Source: Chara braunii
Taxonomy: Eukaryota; Plantae; Charophyceae
DNA length: 63,058 nucleotides
NCBI GenBank assembly: GCA_003427395.1
Contig: BFEA01000014.1
Location: forward strand, 2,773,461 to 2,836,518
Direction: 5' to 3'
Made by a program: the position numbers and the translations under genes. Below are positions 40,291 through 50,273 of the stretch, piece by piece (within the stretch, counting starts at the first letter, position 1; each line of letters starts with the position of its first letter). Below the pieces are notes generated by a model. It was not told the origin of the DNA. It saw only the letters and a list, made by a program, of their open reading frames with translations, and searched no databases.

Positions 40291-40516
40291 TCGTTTATGG
40301 CTGCCGACCCCTTGTCTCCTTTCAACCTTCACTTCGCCTTCTCCCTCCTTCCTTCTTTCTCACTTTCTTCTCCTTCACCCCGGCTACGTCTTTCTTTTCC
40401 TTCGTCTCTTCCTTCTCCTCTACTTCATCTTCCTTCTCCCTTATAACCCTGTGTCCGAGCTTCGACGGTTATGGCCGCCACCTCCTGTCTTGGACCGCAC
40501 AACCAATCTTGTATCG

Positions 40517-40560
<44 letters not shown>

Positions 40561-40616
40561 NNNNNNNNNNNNNNNNNNNNNNNNNNNNNNNNNNNNNNNN
40601 NNNNNNNNNNNNNNNN

Positions 40617-40706
<90 letters not shown>

Positions 40707-40821
40707 TTGTCTTCTTTGCAGGTACGCAGCACCTTTCTTCTATGGCGGACCTTCCTCCTTCGATGGCGCGGCTACAACTATGGCGCCCAGACAATGATAG
40801 CGCATGGGATAACGAGAACCA

Positions 40822-40833
40822 GCTCTGATACCA
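40822..40833 (-). promoter_or_regulatory. Primer-binding site (tRNA-iMet) of element 2
   Basis: The + strand GCTCTGATACCA is TGGTATCAGAGC on the minus strand, 1 nt from the LTR. Confidence 0.93.
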
Positions 40834-40834
40834 A

Positions 40835-41777
40835 TGCAATCAGACTCACTTTCTTCTTCACTTCGCATACATGCAAACAATGGCAATTCACACTGGCGCC
40901 AAGCTCCCACTCAAAGCTCAAAGATATGGAAAACGAGAACACAGTTCAAATGCCAACTCGCTACATCCCAACTGTCATCACTGTGTCCAACACCACCGTT
41001 CGCACACACTCAACTCTGGATCACCCTGAATACCCCACACACGCTCGCTCACTGCATCACACACGCATACACACATTAACATCTAACACTAGCTATGGCG
41101 GCTATGGCCGCCGGCCACTACTAATTATGGCGCACTAACTTCTTCAAGCCCACTTCGACCTCGGGCATCTGCAGACCACCTCGCACAAGACGCTCGGGTA
41201 GCGCTTCCGCATGCCTCAGGCAGGAATGAATGAATGGCTGGGCGCTACCTCTTGATTTATACTTCTGTAAGTCACTGGTCTGCCCTTTTCCACCGGGCCC
41301 ACGGTGCAGACAGTCCCTCATGGTACTTGCTGACTGTGCAAAGTGAGACTGGGACTGGGTACTGCTGACTAAGCGAAGTCGGACTCACCACTTGCCCACT
41401 TGCCTCTGGTCTGCTGTGAGTAACATGAGACAAAACTCGAAAGGCCACTTCCAGACCTTCCGGAAGTCTGTGGACTTGGCCTTTCGGGACTGTAGCAGCT
41501 ATGACCTTGACATTTCAGGACTGTAGCAGCTACGACCTTGACCTTTCAAAATTGCTACAGCTACGACCTCTGCACAACTATGACCCCTAGTCGACAGACC
41601 TACAGATCGAACCCCTGCAACTACACAGACCTACGACAGGCAACAATCAACTATCAGAACACAGGTCACGGGTTCAAACACACAGGGGTCGACTTGATAC
41701 TGTACATGGGTGTGATAAGGTCTAGGGTTCGAGCCCTGGGATCTGCATCTGCTATTGCTAAGGTGAAAACCGTTTCA
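40835..41777 (-). repeat. 5' LTR of element 2
   Basis: Direct repeat of 32857-33837, adjacent to the PBS. Confidence 0.93.
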
Positions 41778-42899
41778 TTCATCTGAAAAAAAAAAGACAA
41801 AAGTCTGAATTACCTGGGGCTGGTGTGACATCTCATGGCCTTTCACTACCTACCTACTCCTAAGGATATATAGAGGATACGCCTCGAAGCATAGTTACCT
41901 CTCACGGTGAAGGGGATAGATATTGCATGTTGCCCCTTGCCCTAGTGGTGGAGATCGCTGGCCCTGCGCTTATCCAGCTGCCCAAGGCATGAATCAAAAC
42001 ACTGGATGGCGCTGATCGGTACTGATTGGTATTTCTAAGGCCTTGGATAGCTGAATTGTACACATTTCAAGATGGCACAATGTGACAATGCCCTTGCTAC
42101 ACTCTTCACCCGAATACAACATATGGTCATTATTGCTCTATCTAGACTCCGAGTTTACCCAAAGACAGCTATTATATAATAACTGTACGTCGCATTTAGT
42201 GAAGACGGTACTCACACATAGAACACAACTCCTCCCACAAAACTCCCTCCCTGCTGCTCCACGATAGGTGACGATGACAGTGCACCAGCCATGCCACACA
42301 TGTCAACAAAACGTGGCGCACTTGCAACGCGAACTTAATGCCTCTCGCAACATAACTGGTCTTGCTTGCCAGATCACATATATCGCCGTTGCGCGCATTA
42401 AGCCGCCAGAACATCACCCCGGCAAACTTGAGTTTTTTGTTTTTTTGAAAGAGCCAGCATTCGCCTAATAGGAGGGGTGATAGGAGCAACCCCTGCTACG
42501 AAGACGGCAAACTGGGGAATCGACATCAAGCCAATCTCAAAATTTTGGAGGCTCGATCCTACCGGACCAAAATGGGAGGTGGTGCCAGCCAAAAAGGAAA
42601 AAATAAAGACAAAACAAGGCTCTGACATTTCAGCAAGGCTTGGCGCGCAGGGGAAGTCAGCCCCGGCAAAAAGAAGCCTGGATGTACTGGTGGTTTAATC
42701 AACAACTTGAACAGTTCATGACACTCCCGAATAAATATAGTCCAGTCAAGGGTTACACCCCTGTTTCACAAGCAAAATGACGAAGTTGGGCGCTCTGCGC
42801 CACCTGCGTAGAACCTTCTGCTCATATCTTGATGAAACTTCCTACATCCCATGAACAGGAGGGGCGTGGAAGCCCATTCCTTACCCCTCTTGGTCAATA

Positions 42900-43041
42900 C
42901 ATAGCCTGCTCAAGAATGAATCTCTCCTTACGTAGCCTGCTCAAGAAAAAATTGCCTGCTCAAGAATGAATCTCTCCTTACGTAGCCTACTCAAGAATGA
43001 ATCTCTCCTTACATAGCCTGCTCAAGAATGAATCTCTCCTT
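42900..43041. repeat. ~31-bp minisatellite
   Basis: TAGCCTGCTCAAGAATGAATCTCTCCTTAC, about 4-5 copies. Confidence 0.85.
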
Positions 43042-43069
43042 CCTTGCTTCCTTGTCACACGTAGATCAA

Positions 43070-43141
<72 letters not shown>

Positions 43142-43146
43142 CACAG

Positions 43147-43179
<33 letters not shown>

Positions 43180-43568
43180 TATAAAGGCTGAAGGAAAGAG
43201 GAAAAAGAAAAAAAGAAAGAAGGAAAAAAGAAAAAAGAAAGGGAGGAGGAGGAGATAAAGGGAATGGAAGGAACAACGGACTTGAACTGGCTAACTTAGA
43301 AAAAAGAACAGGAAAGGATCGGGACCGCAACGCTTCACCTACAGGCAGAAAGAGGATTCACCTGTCAAGCGAAGGATAAACAAACAATATGGCTCAAACT
43401 CTGCACCTACACAACAAAAACCTGTTCAGTATAAGACAGAAAAGTGGGGGGAAACGGAGTACCCGAAGGACCAGACACCGTACGGTATCCTCGAAAGCAC
43501 CAGATAATCTGACACAAGGGATATAGCATGGCAAACAGAGCTTATAATACCTTATATATATATCATAT

Positions 43569-44033
43569 TGTCAAACAGAGCTTATATATATATCGTATTG
43601 TCAAACAGAGCTGCCCGGTAAACCGAAGGCAGAGAGGGAGAAGAGGACAAAAACGAGGGGCTGTGACAAACTGTTTCGTCGGATTTTATGTATATCGTCA
43701 AACAGAGCTGCCCGGTAAACCGTAGGCAGAGAGGGAGAAGAGGCTGTGACAAACTGTTTCGTCGGAGTTTCACCGGATCATCAGGAGGCTGAACCCTCAG
43801 CAGTCTGCAGAATCCCCCAACTGATTACACTGTAAGTGATAATCCACCTTAACCCCGGCTGTGATTAAGCATCAACGACTGCCCGACAACTGATACCCTT
43901 AGGTGGGCTTCAACCAAATGCATATATATATATCGTCACAAACAGAACTGCCCGGTAAACCGTAGGCAGAGAGAGAGAAGAGGACAACAAACGAGGGGCT
44001 GTGACAAACTGTTTCGTCGGAGTTTCACCGACT

Positions 44034-44103
<70 letters not shown>

Positions 44104-44553
44104 TCAAATAGAACTGCCCGGTAAACCGTAGGCAGAGAGGGAGAAGAGGACAACAAACGAGGGGCTGTGACAAACTGTTTCGTCGGAGTTTCATATATAT
44201 ATATATCGTCAAACAGAGCTGCCCAGTAAACCGTAGGCAGAGAAGGAGAAAAGGACAGCAAACGAGGGGCTGTGACAAACTGTTTTCTCGAAGTTTCACC
44301 GACTCATCAGGAGGCTGAACCCTTATATATATATATATTATGCAGCCCCTCGTTTGTTGTCCTCTTCTCTCTCTCTGCCTACGGTTTACCGAGCAGTTCT
44401 GTTTGTGACGATATATATATATATATATATAGTCAAACAGAGCTGCCCGGTAAACCGTAGGCAGTGTGGGAGAAGAGGACAACAAACGAGGGGCTGTGAC
44501 AAACTGTTTCGTCAGAGTTTCACCGACTCATCAGGAGGCTGAACCCTATTTGA

Positions 44554-44556
<3 letters not shown>
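43569..44556 (-). mobile_element. Cluster of ~9 variably 5'-truncated copies of a hammerhead-containing short element inserted in (TA)n
   Basis: Copies at ~43569, 43599, 43695, 43933, 44101, 44206 and 44432, plus inverted copies at 44343-44411 and 44548-44556. Nearly all share the end TCGTCAAACAGAGCTGC next to (TA)n. Outlying copies lie at 58060-58154 and 60319-60333. Confidence 0.75.
43749..43808 (-). ncRNA. Type III hammerhead ribozyme, probably inactive copy
   Basis: Minus strand: GCAGACTG-CT-GAGG-GTTCAG-CCTC-CTGATGA-TCCGG-TGAAACT-CCGAC-GAA-ACAGTTTGT. The cleavage triplet is GCT instead of GUC, and the base of stem II is mutated. Confidence 0.75.
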
Positions 44557-44593
<37 letters not shown>

Positions 44594-45511
44594 AGACTTT
44601 ATACCCACGGCAAAACGTGGAATAGTCCCCATGGATCATGCTGACATATTAAGATTCTACAATCAGAGAATACTCGGAATCCTGAATTACTAGCGTGCCA
44701 GACTTGCCAGTTAATGTGGTGAGGGCAGCCGCGCGCGCGGTGTGGTCATCACCTATGCTCTGCGTGAGTTTGTGTGCTCGCTTGTAAGACACTGCGTTAA
44801 AAAAAGAAAAGAAAAGAAAAGAAAAGGCTTTCCTGAGGTACCGAGTCTTATCGACTGTATTGAGCCATGCCATTGGGCAATCTGCTTTATACCGATTTCC
44901 CTGAGGAGCAAAGCGACGATGACGTGGTATAAGATACTCCATAGCTCTACCTCCACCATGCCTGATTGGCTCTGTTATTGTGAAAGAATCTATGATGCAG
45001 GTACATGATCCCTCCGACGATTCGTTGGTGGCGGCGGTGAAAAACGTTTTAGGGGCGGCCACACCTTTCCTGCTGCTTGTATGACCTCTGCATGACTGTT
45101 GTTGCCTCGAAAGGCTGGTTTGCTTCATGTGTTACTCATCTGAATTCAGAAGCGGTGGTCCCCCACATGCCATGGTCCTGACGAAGACGATGACACGGGT
45201 CACTGACGAAATTTGTGCACGCTGGGAACAGCAGTCACTCTGAGGAAACCCCTTTATCATCCTTTACTGGGCACTTTTCGTGTCGCATTAAGTTTCAAAT
45301 CTGACACCACGTACTGTTTGGAAACCCCTTTTTCCCCTCTCGCATTTCCCCCCCCCAACGGAATAACCTCACCCCGATATCTCGGACCCATCTGTGCGGA
45401 TGCTTTCATGACCCCACTTACCTTTCCTGTGTAATTGCCAGCAGAATACCTCTAGATATATCCTCCTTGGTAATTGCCTGCCCTGAACCCCTCTGCTTCA
45501 CTTGCTCCCCC

Positions 45512-45600
45512 CTCTAGAATACCTCTAGAATACCTCTAGAATGCCTCTAGATATTTCTAGAATACCTCTAGAATACCTCTAGAATACCTCTAGATATTTC
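45512..45600. repeat. 11-bp tandem repeat CTCTAGAATAC
   Basis: About 8 copies, directly visible. Confidence 0.9.
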
Positions 45601-46344
45601 GGTACCTATGAACCTTGGTGTCGGCAACACCGTGAGCAATGGGGTGCCACAGTCTCAACGACAATGACAGGAAGTGGAAGTGTCGAGTCATTGTTTAGTT
45701 CGATTGATCTTATCGGCTGGGCTTGGATGGGAATGGACCAGATTCAATTGATCTTATCGGGGGCATGTTTATGACAGCGATGGAGTGAAGGGGGAAATAA
45801 ACGGGTGGGACGAACCAGATTCAATTGCAGGATGTTTTGTCGTCAATACTTGTTGCCTTTTTTTTTCTTTCTTTCTTTTGACAACTTCGCAGGAAGGGGT
45901 CACTTGAGGAGGTGGTAAGAGCATCCTCCTCAAGTGGCCCCTCTGATGAAGGCTCCATCTATCTGGACTGACAGCTCTTACGATACTCAAGGTTGCTGAA
46001 ATGGTATACTAGGTTCTTCGCTTCCATGTTCCTGATGGCTACAGTCCCGATAGCTTCGAAGCAGGCTGAAACCTGTGGATAAAGGAAGTAGCTTCACGCC
46101 TTCAACCGATCCTAGCAATTGCTTTCAAAAAATCCTAGGCCCCTCCGCTGTGTAACCATTGGAAGAATAGTCCTACATATTCCCCATGATGATGGCTTGT
46201 ACAAGTTGTACCCCACTAGTTCAATTTCCGCAACGCTTTTTCTTGTGCTCAACTCTTACGACAAGGCTTGCTCGATTCTGCTTCCACCAGGGCTGGGTCA
46301 TGCCTGTCACTGCTGCTTGGTCCAATTTGCCCTCGATACTGGTA

Positions 46345-46400
46345 GGGCAATTGTCGGGCAATTGTCGTGGCAATTGTCGGGCAATTGTCGGGCAATTGTC
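46345..46400. repeat. 11-bp tandem repeat GGGCAATTGTC
   Basis: About 5 copies with a palindromic CAATTG core. Confidence 0.9.
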
Positions 46401-47496
46401 CTGAGTGCCGGTCACACAGAGGTAGGATAGTAGGGATAGGGGGTGCGCTAGGAGTATTGATGCAAAGATGGGATGAGAGGTAGCATCGTCTTCTCGGGAC
46501 AGCCGTGGCTGACCGCTTCCGGTAATCACCCTCTGCCTAGAGACTGTCCTCTACAACACCCTGGACTTTCAAGGAAAATAGTTCAAAATACAAATCTGTT
46601 TTGCTGGTTTTGCGGCCATACATGTTACTTCTTAATCCTTTTTGAATCTGAGATGAAGAGTTCGATGATACTCAGAATGGGCAATATCCAAGGCTGAAGG
46701 GCCATGTGAATTTGGAAGCAAGCTTCTTCATTTCAGTGTTTACCCCTTCCCCCACACCCCTTGGTTATGTTTGGATTGGGCGAAGGATGGAGTGTATTAA
46801 AACAAAAAAAAATTAAAAGGGGTGTGGTGGGGGGGGGATAGAGGGGAATTTCACTCTGATATTTCCAGTTGGTCTCTACAATCGCTTACGTGTCAATATT
46901 CCTAGATATTCCCCACACCGACGCCTCACACCCCACCTTTTGACCTTTCTCTTATGTCTTGTTCTCCGCAACGGCGCTCTTTCTCCTGCTTCGAACGCAT
47001 GCAACATTAAATACGGGACTATTTCCGGGAAAAAAAAAAAGAAAAAAAAAAGGGATTACATCATTGCACTGTCAGGACGACATCTTACACAAAACTGGCT
47101 TACGACTCCTCGCGCACTTTTGCATCATTATTTATTATCCCTCTACAACGAATTGCTACACAAGACGTCACTGCCAAATAGCAAGGGATGAGCACGATGC
47201 AGTTGGGATCTGGGTTACGGACTGGGGAAAAGGGTGAAATGATGAGAAAAGAAACTAGGATATAACCAGGGGAAGGGGAGCTGGGAACAGCTTGGAACGA
47301 CTATACACGAATGGACATGGTACCATACTATTCTTGTATGTCCTCAGGTCTAAAAACGACTACGACTACTAAGCATGATCTTGATGTTTACATCGGAAAT
47401 GTCGATGCTTCCCTTCCCCCTTCTTTTTTTTTCTATCCTCACACATGTACTGGCACAGCCATGCCTTTCTTGTGGAGTTGATACAACGCACATGAC

Positions 47497-47561
<65 letters not shown>

Positions 47562-48353
47562 CCAGTTTTTGGATTGTTTGTTTTTTCTGCCTCCCCACCA
47601 ATTTTTCTGAGTATTTTTGTATGCCCAACTGAGCACCTTTAAGTAGTGCCAAACAGTCGGTGGTTCCTCGTTTGGAGTGCCTACTACACGCTTATGGGGG
47701 CTTCTCAGTTCGGGATGTCTGTGTTGCCTGTAGGTGATGACAGATGCTCGTCGGAGTGTCTCCCTGGCTCAGTGGGTGGTGGGAACCAACAGTCTGTGGG
47801 GTTTACCTGTGATGTGAGGGTGATGTGCTGCTTTGCTCCGTGTTGGATGTGTGTACGGCCTCGTCTGCGCTCCGCCACTGCTTTGCTGCCCATTCCGCTT
47901 GCCTCGCAGGTCGTTCTTGGCAAGCTGCTGTCTTCGCTGTGTGGTGTGGCTGGGTTGTGGTGTTGCCTTACGCTTCGCTGCTCCGCTGTCGTGCCGCCCT
48001 TCCGCTGGTCGTGCCTTCCGTGTACTTCGCTTGCGCGCCGTGTGGTTCGCTTGCCATGTTGGTGCTTCACAGCATGGTTGCTCTGCAACTTGTCCGCTTG
48101 CCCTGTCGTCCCTTGCAGTGTGGTTGTCTTGGTGGTGTTGCCTGGTGCTTCACTGCTTGGTTGCCGTGCTGCAAGTCCTGAGTGCCATGTCGTTCCTTGC
48201 AGTCGTTTTTGGCGCTGTGCAGCCGTGTTGCGTCTACTGCGTTGCCTGGTGCTCCGCAGGGTTGCGGCCCATTGCTATGTTCCACTTGGGGACAGTCTGC
48301 CTTCAACAAGGGTCAAAGGGTACATGACCCGAACCATGAATACGGGCATTCCT

Positions 48354-48412
48354 GCATATTCTCGAGGGTTCAGCCTCCTGATGAGTCGGTCCAACTCCGA
48401 CGAAACAATCTT
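48354..48412 (+). ncRNA. Type III hammerhead ribozyme (core intact, stem III imperfect)
   Basis: ATATT-CTC^GAGG-GTTCAG-CCTC-CTGATGA-GTCGG-TCCAACT-CCGAC-GAA-ACAATCT; predicted cleavage after 48363. Confidence 0.8.
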
Positions 48413-48421
48413 GTCATCATC

Positions 48422-48475
<54 letters not shown>

Positions 48476-49778
48476 GTGCTTGCCTTGTGTGCTGGTTGTT
48501 GTAGTTTCCCTGCCTTTTGTGCTTGTGTTGTCTGCTCTCGCGCCTCCCCCGTGCCCTCTAATCTTTGCGTTGCCATGAATCCTTTTGCTTTCCCCGTGTG
48601 CCTGTTGTGCCTTCTTTGTGTTGCCTTGAATCCTTCTGCTTTCCCCGTGTGCCCGTTGTGCCTTGTCATCCAACAGCTCAATGCCTCTCTGCCCCTCGAC
48701 TTCGTCGACTGCTGGTTGTTGTTGTCGGCCTGCCTTGTGTGCCTGTGTGTTGTCCGCATTAGGGGACGAGCCCTTCGCCGCTAGGTAGCAATGAGACCAC
48801 GAAGAACGTGAAAATACATTTGCCCCAGTAAAAGTCGGTCCTACCACGCTTGGGGCATGCCATACCTGCACAGTTACGGAGTACAAGGTGCGCCGGTGGC
48901 CTTTCATCGGAGATTATTATAATCATAAACTGACACACATACACAAAATCAGTTTTATGTTTGTGTGTTTTCCTGTTGTTTCTGTCCTCCCCCTGATCTT
49001 TTTCTAAGTACTTTTGCTTACCCAAACTGAGCACCCTTTGGTAGTGCCAAACAGTCAGTGGTTCCATTTCTGGAGTGCCTGCTGCAATATTAGGGGGGGC
49101 ACTCGGTTCAGGGTGTCTGTGTTGCCTGTGGGTAATGACGGATGCTCGTCGGAGAGTCTCCCTTGCTCAGTGGGTGGTGGGAACCAACAGGCTGTGGGGT
49201 TCAGTCGTGATGTGAGTAGGTCATGTACCGCTTTGCTCCGTGTTGGATGTGTGGACGGCCTCGTCTGCGCTCCACTGCTGCCCCTGCTGCCTGTCCCGCT
49301 TGCTTCGCATGTGGTTCTTCGCAGGTTGATGTGTTCAATGTGTGGTGTGGCCGTGTTGTTAGTGTTGCCTTGCGCTTCACTGCTCCGCTGCCTTGCTGCC
49401 CTTCCGCAGGTCGTGCCTTCCTTGTTTGCTGCTTGCGGGCCTCGTTGGATGGTTGCCTTGTTGCTGGTGAGTGCCTCGTGCTTCGCTCCATGGTTGTCGA
49501 GCGGCTGGTCCGCTCACCCTGTCGTCCCTTGCAGTGTGGTTACCTTGCTTGCGTTGCCTTGTGCTTCACTATACGCTTGCCGCGCTGCACGTCCTGCATG
49601 TCATGTCGTTCCTTGCAGTCGTTTTTGGTGTTGTGCAGCTGTGTTGCCTCTACTGTGCTGCCTGGTGCTCCACAGGGTGCTGCCCGCTGCTATGTCCCGC
49701 TTGGGGACAGTCTGCCTTCAACAAGGGTCAAACAGTCAAAGCGTTCATGACCCAAACCATCAAATACGGAGAATCCGC

Positions 49779-49834
49779 AGATTGTCGAGGGTTCAGCCTC
49801 CTCATGAGTCGTTGCAACTCCGACGAAACAGTCT
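49779..49834 (+). ncRNA. Type III hammerhead ribozyme (all stems intact, core G5>C)
   Basis: AGATT-GTC^GAGG-GTTCAG-CCTC-CTCATGA-GTCG-TTGCAACTC-CGAC-GAA-ACAGTCT. Stem III is AGATTGT/ACAGTCT; predicted site after 49786. Confidence 0.8.
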
Positions 49835-50210
49835 ATCATCATCAGGCTTTATTTTTTTCGGTCTTTCGATTTTGTGGGACTCAAATATTTTTTTGGTTTG
49901 CCTGCCCGAACATGCCGTCTTCCCTCTCGCCGCCTATTGTTCACCTGCTGGTCTTCGCATCTTTTGGGAGTTGTTTTTTTTGGGTTTGCCAACTTTGCCT
50001 GTGTGTAGTTTGCCCTCCCGCCTCCCCCGTGCCCTCCATCCTATGTGGGACTCTTAAGGAAGCTAGTCATGATAAGCCACGGATGTATGAGGTACCTTCA
50101 GAGAAGTAAAGTGGCATCCGAGAGCGTTCGTTTGGACATGACCAGGGCCTGGTGTACCACTGTGGTGGTAAGATACATGACATCGATTTTGCCATGGGAT
50201 CTGATTTTCA

Positions 50211-50273
<63 letters not shown>

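Larger units (their letters stand above)
32857..41777 (-). mobile_element. Ty3/gypsy chromovirus LTR retrotransposon (element 2), full domain set but frameshifted
   Basis: LTRs at 32857-33837 and 40835-41777, a perfect iMet PBS, and gag-PR-RT-RH-IN-chromodomain on the minus strand. Probable TSD TCTG. Confidence 0.95.
47561..50213 (+). mobile_element. Two diverged ~1.4-kb tandem units, each with a type III hammerhead, bounded by (CA)n tracts
   Basis: Collinear similarity from CCCAACTGAGCACC (47623 vs 49021) through GGGGACAGTCTGCCTTCAACAAGGGTCAAA to the ribozyme and GCCTCCCCCGTGCCCTC. CA tracts at 47500-47560, 48933-48945 and 50214-50270. Confidence 0.7.

Noticed and set aside
43569-44556. CRISPR-like repeat-spacer array
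   Set aside because: Units vary in length, the spacers are (TA)n, there are no cas genes, and the context is eukaryotic.
45770-46340. hAT dimerisation-domain remnant (HKKKR, LVYHFSNL)
   Set aside because: Fragments are in different frames with the wrong spacing, and the ERxWS motif is absent.
47646-50109. Cys/Leu/Val-rich ORFs of 310 and 347 aa
   Set aside because: They arise from GT-rich, A-poor composition that avoids stop codons; one runs through poly-T, and no domain motifs are recognisable.
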